The notes beneath the pieces are model-generated. The model ran no database searches, was not told the origin of the DNA, and saw only the letters and a list, made by a program, of their open reading frames with translations. A DNA stretch of 64,000 bases from Oopsacas minuta (taxonomy: Eukaryota; Animalia; Porifera), in contig JAKMXF010000350.1 in NCBI GenBank assembly GCA_024704765.1, positions 38,913 through 102,912 of the forward strand. Reading direction: 5' to 3'. Of this stretch, positions 1 to 11,778 are shown one piece after another; the first letter of the stretch is position 1; every line of letters starts with the position of its first letter. The position numbers and the translations under genes are program-made.

Positions 1-4
1 ACAG

Positions 5-3000
5 TTGAAGAATATGCCTGAGAAAAAATACACACTAAAATTCGACCTGAAGACGAAAGGAATTAACCTGTATTTCCGTGGGAAATGCAAACACAAGATC
101 CGATACGATGAGGATATCAAAAGCTTTGAATCTGATGAAGATAACGCTTTCATACTCAGGACTACCAGCCTAGACCTCATGGAATTTGAGGCTGAGGGCT
201 TAGAGGAGAAGAATGCAATACTGAATGTGTTAGAACGCTTCGAACAAGATCGAAGATCAGCTGAAGATGCGATAAGTGAAGAACAAAATAAAGAGGATCA
301 TGAAAAGAGCGAGACAGACAAAGAAGATCAAGATGCGATCACAAGTTTACCAAGTATGGCACAACGCAGTGGAAGAGATGACCTGGTGAAATCTCTGAGA
401 ATTCCTGTCTACAAACAAATCCTCAAAGAGGGGGAGTTGGAAAAGCAGGGACATGGAAAAGGTGCACTTTCCTGGCCAATCCGATACGTTGAAATCAAGC
501 CTGGTCAATTGGCATACTACAAACCTTCAAACAAAAAGCAACCTCTTAACATATTAACTCTAGATCGAACTGTAACCATTGAGACTTCACAGGAAGGATT
601 CGAAATAAAATTAGCTCCAAAACGAGAACAAAATGTAAATGATCGTTCTTATAATTTCCGTGTGAGTAAAACACACGGAAATTTCCAAGCTGAAGTTAAC
701 CAGTGGCTACATGCCATAGAGTTAGCTATTCAGGGAACTAATGAGAAGGAAATAATGATGTCATTATGTGGGAATAGTCCTTCTACAAGAACTCTAACTG
801 GCATAAGACGTATAGAACCGCAACAACAATCAAGAAGAAAATCTCATATATTTCAGAAACCCAAAAAGCCTAAAGGAAGTATTAGCTTCGAACCAGCTCC
901 TGCTGTAGATCTAGAGGATCCGAATATAGCTAAACTATTATGTCAGTTGAAACAACAGATCAATCACTTGCTGCTGATCTCTGAAGAGATTAAGAATGAA
1001 CGTATTAAGTCTGTTTTTGATAATTTATCTGAAATATGTAAATTCATGGAAGATCAAGTTCGCGGAAATCCTGATGACAACCTTCCCTTCCAACCTCTCA
1101 ACCGTGTAGGTTCAATTAGAGCAGATAGGTCTCCTGGATTTAATCTACCCGACACGCCAACTGGTAATGGAGTAACTGAAAAACAAGCTCCAGGAGACGA
1201 AGAAAAGAGAGAGGACTGGGATCAGGCCAATAGTACATTAACAGAAGCAACTACTATCGCACAAATGCAACACCAAATATCCTTAAATCCTCCAAAAGAG
1301 GAAATTCCATCTGCTGACAATACTAACAAGGACATCACTCAGGAAGAACCAGTCCCTATTGACCCAGATATTTTACGTAGAATACCAGACCCTCCCCCCT
1401 ACATGCAGGAAGCTATTGATTTCTTTTTATTGATTGAGAAACGACCAACAGGAGACCCAAAGATCCCCTGTTGCCCTCCGAATATGCCAGAAACAAATAA
1501 ATACATAAAAACGGTTATCCTGGGAATCCCAGATATCCCTCCACCACCACCTAACCTACAAATAGTAGATGCGACACTCGGAATAGATTCTGTTAACCTA
1601 GGCATACAGAACTCAGTAATGCGGAAGGTTAATATGAAGCCTCTTAATTGGAACAAAATTGGTTCCAAGCAAGTCAAGTGTAATAGCATGTGGTTCAATT
1701 CACACAATGATTTAGATATAGATATTGATAAGCTAGAGCATTTATTTAAAGAAGAGAAAGTTGTTAGAAAAAACAAATGTAAAAGTCCTGAAAAACCGCA
1801 AAAAATTGTTTATTTAGGAGACAAACGTGCGATGGGAATTGATATTTTCCTCAGAAGAACAAGATTCAATTTCGAAGAACTGGACGAGATATTGAATAAT
1901 GCTCTGGAGAGAGAGAATAGTGTCGGACACAAGATCTGTCTACAACTTGAAGAGTTAGAAGATTTGAGTAGATACCCCACTGAAGAGGATAACGATCTAT
2001 TCAGAGCAGTTAAAGAGAGTCCTGATAAAATGGTAAAAGCAGATCAGTTCATTCACACAGTATGTCATCTCCCATTCTATAAAGAGCGAGTAGATGTTAT
2101 TCTATTGATGCGAGAAATACCAACTAATACTACACACATACAAGAACCTATTAAGATTCTAACAAAAGCTTGTGCCGAGTTAAATAGTTCTGTAAAGTTT
2201 GTTAAGATTCTAGGGCTAGTACTCAAGATTGGAAATCATATCAACTCAGGTAGTAATCGTGGTGATGCAGGAGGATTCCATCTCTCAGCCCTCTCTAAAC
2301 TGATTACCTACAAGGGAATTGAACCCAAATTCAGTCTCTTACACTTCATCGTACAGCAAGTTATGGATGGGAATGAAGAGCTTCTCAATTTCGATGAGGA
2401 ATTGTCTACTGTCCACAAAGCTATTGATGCATCTGTTGAAGGCATATTAGCAGAGATAGACTTAATGAAGCAACAGCTCAACAAAATTAAAAAGACCAGA
2501 GAACTAATGACTAATAGTAAGGGTGCTAGTAATTATCAACAGTTTACGACTGATGTTGAAGAGTTCTTGCAAACTTTTGAAAGCAAACACAGAGAATTGA
2601 TAAAAGAGCATGACCAGCTGAGGAGTGCTTATTCACAAGTTTTAGTTAAGTACGGTGAAACAGAGGCGGAATCTGACGAGTTTATGGCGCAAATAAATGA
2701 TTTTATTCGCGATTTTAAGAAAGTGTCAACAGAATTAATAAGGAAACGAATAAATGAAAAGAAGGCCCAGGATAATATTCTAAGAAGCAAATCTACTTCT
2801 GCACAGAGTTGCAATAAGGTACAAGCAAGAAGTAACAAAAAGATTGAACCTAAAATGATGAAAAGAAGTTCTACCGTAGCTGGCGTTAAATCTCCTCTTA
2901 TGGAAGCTCAAAATGAAAAAGGACACCTACCAACCATACAGAGCGAAGAGGAATTGAAAAGTGAAAAAGAGAAAGGAGCGGCTAAGATTGAGCCAGTGAA

Positions 3001-3304
3001 TACCAAGGCTTGCGAGCCGAAAACCTATGATAATTTACAGCTGGAGAAGAAAGGCTACTTCAAAACGGAATGGAAGAATAAAAGATTTGTTTTAAGTGGC
3101 AAACAGCTGAGATGTATGACAAGCAAAAATGATATCGAGGATGTATTACACCTTGGAAGACAAACCCAGATTTATATTGATACTCAAGATCTCACAGTCA
3201 TAGAAATAAAAATTAAGGACAAAGGCAAGGAAAAGAAAATACGAATTAAATGTAGTTCCCCTGTGGAAGCTGATGAAGTAATGGCTGACTTCAAACAAAG
3301 CTAA
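5..3304 (+). CDS. Formin-like protein (FH1 proline tract, FH2 domain) with PH-like domains near both ends; 5' end probably truncated by window edge
   Basis: 1099-aa uninterrupted ORF open to the window start. It has an FH1-type proline run (PDPPPYM, IPDIPPPPPNLQ) followed by a long FH2-like region. PH-domain-like segments lie near the N-terminus (GALSWPIRYVEIKPGQLAYY...WLHAIELAIQG) and the C-terminus (KKGYFKTEWKNKRFVLSGKQL). The bases acag preceding position 5 could be a splice acceptor. Confidence 0.65.
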   Translation: MKNMPEKKYTLKFDLKTKGINLYFRGKCKHKIRYDEDIKSFESDEDNAFILRTTSLDLMEFEAEGLEEKNAILNVLERFEQDRRSAEDAISEEQNKEDHEKSETDKEDQDAITSLPSMAQRSGRDDLVKSLRIPVYKQILKEGELEKQGHGKGALSWPIRYVEIKPGQLAYYKPSNKKQPLNILTLDRTVTIETSQEGFEIKLAPKREQNVNDRSYNFRVSKTHGNFQAEVNQWLHAIELAIQGTNEKEIMMSLCGNSPSTRTLTGIRRIEPQQQSRRKSHIFQKPKKPKGSISFEPAPAVDLEDPNIAKLLCQLKQQINHLLLISEEIKNERIKSVFDNLSEICKFMEDQVRGNPDDNLPFQPLNRVGSIRADRSPGFNLPDTPTGNGVTEKQAPGDEEKREDWDQANSTLTEATTIAQMQHQISLNPPKEEIPSADNTNKDITQEEPVPIDPDILRRIPDPPPYMQEAIDFFLLIEKRPTGDPKIPCCPPNMPETNKYIKTVILGIPDIPPPPPNLQIVDATLGIDSVNLGIQNSVMRKVNMKPLNWNKIGSKQVKCNSMWFNSHNDLDIDIDKLEHLFKEEKVVRKNKCKSPEKPQKIVYLGDKRAMGIDIFLRRTRFNFEELDEILNNALERENSVGHKICLQLEELEDLSRYPTEEDNDLFRAVKESPDKMVKADQFIHTVCHLPFYKERVDVILLMREIPTNTTHIQEPIKILTKACAELNSSVKFVKILGLVLKIGNHINSGSNRGDAGGFHLSALSKLITYKGIEPKFSLLHFIVQQVMDGNEELLNFDEELSTVHKAIDASVEGILAEIDLMKQQLNKIKKTRELMTNSKGASNYQQFTTDVEEFLQTFESKHRELIKEHDQLRSAYSQVLVKYGETEAESDEFMAQINDFIRDFKKVSTELIRKRINEKKAQDNILRSKSTSAQSCNKVQARSNKKIEPKMMKRSSTVAGVKSPLMEAQNEKGHLPTIQSEEELKSEKEKGAAKIEPVNTKACEPKTYDNLQLEKKGYFKTEWKNKRFVLSGKQLRCMTSKNDIEDVLHLGRQTQIYIDTQDLTVIEIKIKDKGKEKKIRIKCSSPVEADEVMADFKQS

Positions 3305-5296
3305 TTAGAGTGTGTTAGCTTGTTATTATTTGGTTATTACTTTTTGTATATTTATCTGCTCAATACTAATCAGCTGTTATTTGTATATTATGTTAAATAT
3401 TTTCATTAAATTTTTAGTAATTTTCTAATTAATCGTAATCTAATTATACTCTGGTGCTTCTCAAAACACTGATCCAGATTTTAGCGGGATGTCCCACTGA
3501 ATCTTTCCAAAACGATAATTATCCCGATTTTAGTAGTCCAGTTGCGGTCTAATGTTAATATGCAACGTCCCACCAAGTCCTGCTAAATTTGAACAATCCT
3601 GCTTGTTCTTCACTCGGGTTGGGAAGTATGGATGCCTGAAGCAGAGTTTTAAACTTGGGGTCATATGACTAATATCCTTTGAGCAACATGATCAAACGTG
3701 ACCACTGACCAATCTTAACAAACAAATAACTTGGGTGTAACCATGCTACACAAATTTACATAAGGTGTGGCCATAACCAGACCCTAACTCCCAAACCTAT
3801 TACCGTCTCCACCTGAAGCAATTAAGTCAATACTCGTGATATTATAAGTATATAATTCAGGCTAGGGTTGACTCTAAGACAGAGGTAGATGCAGACATAT
3901 CAGCATTGTTAGGAGCAATGCAGAAGAAACAACTTGATGATGAGAGGGAATCTTCCATAAATAGCCCTGAAATACAGATAGATAGGTAATTAGATTACTA
4001 ATAAGTCTTATTGCTTTATTCTATCTAGGTTCATATACAAATTTCTGATGTATTAGTATTGGGGGGATATATATCTACGTATCTGTTATGTCAGGATTAT
4101 TCAACCATTTGACAATACGACACACTCTATATAAGGTTGTGTTCACCTATTAGCAGTTTGTCTAATACCAACCAACCAACCAGTTACTTTTTTGGTGAAT
4201 TAATTGATGAACTCACAACTCCCCATTCTACACATGCATCTCTGGTAATAATGCACTTTTTCAACATATTAATTTGTTTAACAATAATTGGGATGTGGAG
4301 GAAGATAATAAATCATTTATGAGTAATTAAATGACTTTATTTAATTACGAATTTCCTTTAACATTCTAAATGCTACGTATATTGAAGGATAATACATATA
4401 TAAGTAATTTTGACAAGTTGGTTGAGTGCAGTATCAATAAAGAGGATTGTATATTGTATGCTGAGGTGGTGCTAACCCAGGAATATAACCTGGAATGAAC
4501 AAGAGACATTATGTGTTTGACCATTAAACTAGTAAGCGAATTAGCAAGTCTGTTCGTATATTTTGAGATTTTTTGATTTCGGTAATACCCTGATACGCGG
4601 CCGGGCGCTTATTGATGAAATATGGTATTTGCTTACGTTTAGTCATCAAAACAACGTATGATCAAGTTTCATAGAATTCTAAATTAGATATAGTGCAGTA
4701 TTAGTGAGGATACCTCTAAAAGGAGATTGTGGAGAAAACCTATACACCGGTTGAATCCTTAAGCTAATAAGTATATACATAATACCGAACTTCAGAATTA
4801 CAACACAAGAGGTTACTATCGAAGAGGTTATAACAGGTGTATGGATTTATTAATTACCCTTATTCATAGCATCCTCATTATTGAAAGTATAAATAGGCTT
4901 AAATTCTAATATAATGTAAGGAGGCTAAATGGATCGCTACTTCGCTTTTTAGTTTAATGGTCAAACATACGACAGATAATTGTAATTTCCAAGTTCGATC
5001 CTTGGGGAAGCACCTCTTTGCGATCTGTACAACCTTCCTTATTGAAAATAATACGAATATATAAGTGATCGCTATACTATACTTCTGTGTTTATTCATGC
5101 TAATGTTAGCTAATACCAGATTACGTGAACCACCTAAACCAGTATTGACATCTTCAAATGCCAATATCAATACTAACCTAGGTAGTTTCTGTCATTTGTA
5201 TTTCATCCCGACCTGACACCTGTATTTGTATGGCTTAGAATGACGTTCCAAAAATGTGGAAAATTTTCCAAAATATTCCCATTTTACTATCAAAAA

Positions 5297-5410
5297 CGAG
5301 CACACTTCAACACGTTATAATTTTGTCCACATGGAACCTAGAGAAATCATCCAAATATCATCTCTCTAGGGGCAATGGGGACAAAGTTATAACGTGTTAA
5401 AGTGTGCTCG
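5297..5410. repeat. 114-bp palindromic (hairpin) element with ~32-bp arms
   Basis: cgagcacacttcaacacgttataattttgtcc ... ggacaaagttataacgtgttaaagtgtgctcg, with 2 mismatches between the arms. Confidence 0.7.
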
Positions 5411-6111
5411 ATTTCTCGCTGCTAACTTCATACTCGTTATGATAGTTAACATGTAATACGCATATTAATCGGAGTGAATTCGTTATACAAGGCCAATTCC
5501 CAACTTAAAAATGATGGCACTATCATGAAGACTTGTAAATCTCCCATTATGGATTTGCTGATTTCCGGTAGATTGTACCTGACTCCGGGAGAGTTGGTAG
5601 TCCTATATGAATTATAGCTTTGTTATCGAATTAGCTAATGAACCTAGCGTTACCTGCCAGTATCTCTTTCCATGTTTTGTGGTTCTTCATAATTTTATTG
5701 ATGATTTCACTTTACTTTCTAAAGAAATCTGAGCCGGACCAATTTTCGTGACAACAACAGCAATACTATAATGTTTTCAACTCTACTTCTATTGATTCTG
5801 ACTATTATAGCCTAACAACTATGAATAATGTGTACACAGTTTGTTGTTTAACACATGTGAACTAATAGTTATACATATGTATACGTATCCATTAGTTTCA
5901 TACGACCACTGATTTTAGATGCTGCCGGTAATTATATGCCTAGCGTAAATGTGGCGGGTAGAGGTCGTAACGGGCTGAGTTTTTCGGCCCGAAGCTCGGC
6001 CCTGTCCGGCGGATGTCTACAACATTGTGTAGAATATTTTTTAATGAATAATTGATGAACAAGATCGTACAGTCAGAAAAGGTGTTTGTAAAATAATTTG
6101 AATGAATTTAA

Positions 6112-6184
6112 TACAGTAGAACTCGGATAAGACGTACCCCCTCGGGAAGTCTAAAAAAGTACGTACTAACTGAGTTCTACTGTA
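6112..6184. mobile_element. MITE family B, 73-bp copy, TIR tacagtagaactc / gagttctactgta, flanked by TA(A)
   Basis: Perfect 13-bp inverted termini read directly. A larger relative lies at 62408-62578. Confidence 0.75.
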
Positions 6185-6435
6185 TAAGGAATTAGGAAAG
6201 TTTATTCTGAACCCTAAATTAGAGGCCCTGAAGCCTAGCCCGAGCCCTGACTGACCTCGGGCTCGGGTCGGGCTTGCGACCTTTAGTGGCCGGCATGCTG
6301 CAAAAGTTTTCGAACTCCTGCTATTAGCCATCCATTTCATTCAAAAACTAGCAATTTCACTTTCTGACAATAATACATACACACTTATGTTTGAATGATA
6401 ATTATAGTACAAATCTACCTAAGATCGTAACACAA

Positions 6436-7155
6436 TTAATTACAAGTTTTTAACTTTTCAGAAGCCTCATTGAACTCTGGACTCTGATAGAAAGTGCTGA
6501 GAATTTTCTCGAAACCAGGATTAGGAGAAGCCATCATTCTCTTCTTTTTAACAAAAGTGGTAGCTTCCTCACTCTTCATATTATTCTTACACATAATATA
6601 AGCTATAACTGCAGTAGAAGATCTAGATCTTCCCTGAGCACAATGCACCAACACATTACCCGAGTTAGCTCTAGCTTCTTCTATAAATAGCACCGCTTCT
6701 TTTAAGCTACTCAGCTCTATTTTGAAGCTAGGATCATCCACCCAGTTCGTTTCTTTCGTAACAATTGAAAGATTCTTGTTGACTTTTTTAACTAATTCAA
6801 CGAATTTAGTCCCAAGAGTAACTTCAAGCCCTTTAGCAGTATTCAGTATGTGTGTAATGTTATTACACTGCAAGAATTCTAAGTTAATAACTCCCTTGTA
6901 ACCGCCAAGGTACACTGATCCTAGTCCCCCCTTACCCTCTAGGATTAAACTAGGTATCTTCTCCATAGCCTGTGTGTACTCAAGGGCCTCTAATAGAACA
7001 GATTCATTTACTGAATCTTTAGAGTGTTTGAGAACATCATTAGAGCAGTTTACACAAATATTCTTCTTGAATCTGTTTGGTTTGAATTCCTCACAACTAA
7101 CCTCTCCACTTAAGTGGATTTGAGAGAAGATATTAGCTTCAATATTCTGAGCCAT
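6436..7155 (-). CDS. Dual-specificity protein phosphatase (DUSP family)
   Basis: 239-aa ORF containing the catalytic P-loop VHCAQGRSRSSTAVIAYIM, which fits the HCxxGxxRS consensus of dual-specificity phosphatases. Confidence 0.75.
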   Translation of the reverse strand: MAQNIEANIFSQIHLSGEVSCEEFKPNRFKKNICVNCSNDVLKHSKDSVNESVLLEALEYTQAMEKIPSLILEGKGGLGSVYLGGYKGVINLEFLQCNNITHILNTAKGLEVTLGTKFVELVKKVNKNLSIVTKETNWVDDPSFKIELSSLKEAVLFIEEARANSGNVLVHCAQGRSRSSTAVIAYIMCKNNMKSEEATTFVKKKRMMASPNPGFEKILSTFYQSPEFNEASEKLKTCN

Positions 7156-7315
7156 GTCTCGATTAAATATCTAACTATATTTCATACATACCAAGCTGGC
7201 GAAATTAATATAGTTGACCACACGAAACAACCAATATTTGGCAGGATTGCTTAGCTGATTCAGCAGCTTGGATAGTCACGTACATAAACCCTAAATATCA
7301 ACCAGAGTTAGGGCC

Positions 7316-7344
7316 AGGGTGGTGCGGAGTGGTGCGACGCACCA
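7316..7344 (-). promoter_or_regulatory. GC-rich inverted repeat ggtggtgcg ... cgcaccacc ~165 bp upstream of DUSP ATG
   Basis: 9-bp stems with an 11-nt spacer. Confidence 0.25.
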
Positions 7345-8823
7345 CCTCAGGTATTACTTATCACTTGAGTTCAAAGACAAATACGGCCATACGGTATATA
7401 AATATATTAAGCAACTAACCAGCTGTTTGATCATTCTAGTGCCTTGTTTGTTAATTAGAAAATGCAAATTCATTTCTATATAGTAGCAACGAGATTTGTC
7501 GCACCATAATCGCAACCTCGCTACGTCACTGGTTTGAGCATTTATTGAATTTGTAAATTTCATTTCAAATGTAGATTTACATTATCAATCATTTTACAAA
7601 TTATAGTTTCGTTTGTTGGTTTAATTTGCAAATCGACATACCATCAATAGAAGTAGAAAAATCAATTTTTCCATGGGGCGTCATTAGAGGCCCAACTTTA
7701 GAAAAGGTCTCCTGATTTTTGTGTTCTCTTATTTTAATTATTACATATTAGTAATACACACTGCGTATAGCGAACGACAAACTAATATAATTAAAAATCT
7801 TGTAAGCTAATCAATTAATATTCCGTTTATAATGTTTGAAATACTTTTAAGGACATCAGCTATGAAGGAACATCTCACGCCTTATAAGGAAGCAAAACCT
7901 CCTCAGCAGTCCAGGAGGAAAGCTCCTTCTTTCAAAGGCTCAGTGGCTATTATTGGAACAAGCTCAGGAAGTCATATGGTATGTTATTCTAGTGAATGCT
8001 TTTAATATATTTGCGTATTTGAAAATTTATTACTTCAAAGCTGTTATTAAATATTAACAGAATCACGTGTACAGGCGCTTACTTATCAGGCAAAAGTGAA
8101 TTGGTCAGGTTGACCTCTTCTTTTCATAGATGATAAATTACTAAACTCTATTATAGTCAATTTCTCATCATCAGAGGCGGGGCCAGGATTTGACAAACGG
8201 AGGGGCTGGGCCTGGCGACAAGTTTTTTCGTGGGGGTCAAGCTCGCTCGGCATGTCAATTAAAGTATTCAAAATATTAGCCTTTAATTGCCAGAAGTCTA
8301 TGACTTGGTGCTTTGGATGAAAATTTAGGTAAATCAGAATAGAAGACAGATTATTAAGGTGAATTATAATGTACTAACAATCAAACACTAAAATTGTAGG
8401 CAAACATGGCCTGTGTACCTAATCTGCCTATACAAAAGGGGAAAATGAAGTAGCCATCAAATTCGAGCCCCTCCGTAATTTTCAGAAGATAAAAATTTAG
8501 AAATTCTTAACAGAACTTGCTTCATCTAGCTTGAACCCCAAATTTGCCCTGACGCCGCTCCTGCTCATGATTCGAGGACAAATTGTTTTCTGTTTATAGC
8601 TATACAACAACTGCTCTGCAGGTTTCTCGCGTCATGAACCAACCTAGCCTTAAAGCGCGCAAGTTCACAATAAAATTATAGTATTATTCTCTGAATATAC
8701 TAACATACGTCATTACCAAAATATTAGCTTATATTCTGCTTAAACTGAAAGCATTTAACGAACAGAATTGTAAAAATGAAATAGCAAATATATCTAAACA
8801 TTTACAAACATTTTAACATCGAA

Positions 8824-10371
8824 TCAAATACCACAGGTACACTCCCCTGGCATTGATATAGTGTTATTCTTGAAAATACTCCACGTAGTGTTCCCTACAT
8901 GAGACAGACAGCACAGATTAGTCGTATTACTAGTTCTCACGAGCACTGTCTCGTAAAAAGGAAGTGACAGTAGTATGCCGACAGCAAGACCAATGAAAAG
9001 CATGAATATCCCTATAATCCCACCGCTTTCCTTGTCACTAGCATTGAGTTTGGTGGGGATTAGCATGAGGGGGATAGAAGCGAAGAAACCGTTACTAACT
9101 CCAAATACAGCCACGACTATTTGGAAGATCGGAAATCCAAACTTGAAAGACACCAACGGATTTGAAATCGGGAAAATAAAGATAGCGAATAATGGAATAA
9201 ATAAAATTCTCGTTAAGCTAAGTAGGAGAAGAACACACTGATTGTATTTGACTGGAATTAGTATAACCCAGCGTGTGATGAAGTCAAACAGTGTGAATAC
9301 ACATAAAGTTATTATAGGCCCCCAATCACATAGCTGAGATCCACATGTGTAGGCAGCTGTGAGGAAGGTAGGATATAGCAGTAATGTTATAATCATAGCA
9401 GAGAGAATAGTCAACTGAAGTTTCCAGGTTTTCTTAAATATAATAAACTTCTTTTGTATTGTCAATTTTAGTCCATTAAATTTTCTGCTTACATTTCCAT
9501 CACCAAAAGTAGTAGTGTATTCACTGATGAGTGTATCAGTTCTACCTGCGATAACTGACTCATCTTCATCAAAACTATCTGTCGAGTGCTGATCTAGCAC
9601 TCTATACTCTATCAGGAAATTTTTCTGAACAAGTTTAAACCAGTAATTTGTATACTTATGCCAGTAAATGAACTTCAATACAGGTATACTGACAATCATA
9701 AACACTACAGTTAATGCAATGAATATTACCGTATCATAGCTCTCACATGACCCAGCTGGCTTAAGTAATCTAGTACCAACCCTGAAACATGCGATTATGA
9801 CTCCAGACGCAGTCTCTCCCACTACTAATGCCTGTGTGTACCGAGGAGGTAGCAAGCTAGACAGACCGTAGTAAGACGGCTGTATTATACCTGAACCTAT
9901 TCCTGATATGAAACCAGATATTAGCGGAACATAGCCTATTGCGTGAGGGGCCGAGTCAAATATCCCTAACGAAGTTAGAACAGTGAATAACAAGAAAGAG
10001 CTGAGAGATAGAATGAATAGAATATGTCCTGTAACCAGACGTTTTGATAAAGATACCCTGTCTGCTATAATTGTAGTTATAAATGCAAAACTTAAACTAG
10101 TACATAGTATTACTGATACCATAGCCCAGTATAGGAGGTTTAACTCACAAAACTTTTCCGTATAGAAGTCAACTAAGAATAAATATGTACTGAATGGCAT
10201 CAGAAGTGTAGCTCCTTGGAATATAAACGACAAATAAACCAGATTAAATGAATCTTTAGGTTTGTCAGTTATTGTAGTTGTGAGTTCTTGATAAAATAAT
10301 TTCCTTTCCTTACCACTGATAATATTCGTTTCTGAGTCATTCTTAGAATTAGAGTTTACGAAGGAATCCAT
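8824..10371 (-). CDS. Equilibrative nucleoside transporter (ENT/SLC29 family)
   Basis: 515-aa polytopic membrane ORF. The motifs SGIIQPSYYGLSSLLPPRYTQALVVGETASGVIIAC and VSNGFFASIPLMLIPTK align, from memory of hENT1, to QGSLFGLAGLLPASYTAPIMSGQGLAGFFAS and FSNGYLASLCM. The N-terminal TM1 is also ENT-like. Confidence 0.75.
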   Translation of the reverse strand: MDSFVNSNSKNDSETNIISGKERKLFYQELTTTITDKPKDSFNLVYLSFIFQGATLLMPFSTYLFLVDFYTEKFCELNLLYWAMVSVILCTSLSFAFITTIIADRVSLSKRLVTGHILFILSLSSFLLFTVLTSLGIFDSAPHAIGYVPLISGFISGIGSGIIQPSYYGLSSLLPPRYTQALVVGETASGVIIACFRVGTRLLKPAGSCESYDTVIFIALTVVFMIVSIPVLKFIYWHKYTNYWFKLVQKNFLIEYRVLDQHSTDSFDEDESVIAGRTDTLISEYTTTFGDGNVSRKFNGLKLTIQKKFIIFKKTWKLQLTILSAMIITLLLYPTFLTAAYTCGSQLCDWGPIITLCVFTLFDFITRWVILIPVKYNQCVLLLLSLTRILFIPLFAIFIFPISNPLVSFKFGFPIFQIVVAVFGVSNGFFASIPLMLIPTKLNASDKESGGIIGIFMLFIGLAVGILLSLPFYETVLVRTSNTTNLCCLSHVGNTTWSIFKNNTISMPGECTCGI

Positions 10372-11778
10372 TAGAAATTTGGCTACTCCTTACTTGTATA
10401 AATGTCAACTCACGTTATATCTAAAATTCACGATATTACTTCGATATTATTGGTTGTAATTTAATTATAAATCGGGCTTAGGGACAGTATTTACATAGCT
10501 ATTTCTATAATTCGATATAACTAGAATATCTGTATATCCGAGCTGGATATAACAGGAATTGACACTAGTAAACATTAACATTTGTATTGATAATGGAATA
10601 ATGCCAATACAAGAAGCAATATCTGCATAGGTATACCGTGGTGTTAAATGAAATGAACTGAAGGAAGACATTTGCTAACAGAGATATATAATTATGTGCC
10701 TTGTATGTTGATCCAGCGTATATGAACGTGCTAATCTAGTGGTCGAGCTTTCTCCGAATCTTACTCCATTAATATTTGTACACAAACTGATTACACAATG
10801 ATCACTTGTAATGTATTGTACGATAGTACATAATGTAATTGTACATAAATGATTGAATGTATGTTTAGAAGATGATAGGTAGTATCACTGGACAGAGTCG
10901 TGTTAAGCGTACAACTGAACACAATATTACATTGAAATAATTAATATATTCATAATTATCTCCTACTGGTCTGTACTGGTAGTACGTATATACCTCTTAT
11001 AAATACTTTCACTGATTAAATCATGAGTTTGCTACCTATTACTCAATGCTCCACATGATGTTGTCTTGTGAGTATATGTTGAGTATTATTACAGTTTGAA
11101 TGGATTTAAATTGCCTGTTTTGTCGAATTGTTGGATGAGTCAGTTGTCGATTTTCATCTTTATAGGGAAGCGGATTTCTTGGACGAGCGAGCGTAGAGAG
11201 CGAAAATTTTCTGTTGTCCAGGGATTGACGTAACGAAGGTTGGCGTGCATGTTATGTAGATACTAATGATTTGGTCCTTTGATAGATAATGTGCCGCCCT
11301 GGGCGAAAGTTTATTAGCCAAAAAGAGACGCGTAGCAGCTCGAGTGTCACAGAAGGCCATTGAATGTAATTCGGATTGACCATGGATTACAAAAATATTA
11401 AAAAGTTCGCTATTTCTTTATTCGAGGCACGTAGTGTCGAGTATATCTGGTCGGTAGCAACCAATAGCACTAAGAAATTTAGCTGTTTATTACTTAATCT
11501 AATCTGACACTAAGCTGACGAGCGACCTAGCAAGCGAAGCGCGCTAGTAGTAGTTTCATTGGTCAATTAATAAATAATAATAAATATAGTTACATATTTA
11601 TCAAATTTTTCATAGATTCCCCCATTTATAGAGTAAATTTCAATGATGATAGACATAACTATCTCTAAAGTATGCCCCATTCCCAAATCCCCGCTTATAG
11701 AGATTCCCCATTTATGGAGACCTCACCTATAGAGGTTGCACTGTACTTTGTAAACATTATATATTTATACTAATATTA

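Noticed and set aside
4960-5030. tRNA-like T-arm (ccaag ttcgatc cttgg) followed by ggaagcacc
   Set aside because: No complementary 5' acceptor stem, D-arm or anticodon arm could be built from the upstream 70 nt. It is probably a fragment or a SINE tail, not a tRNA gene.
8975-10165. Plus-strand ORFs 8975-9241 and 9983-10165 inside the ENT gene
   Set aside because: They lie antisense to a well-supported membrane-transporter CDS.
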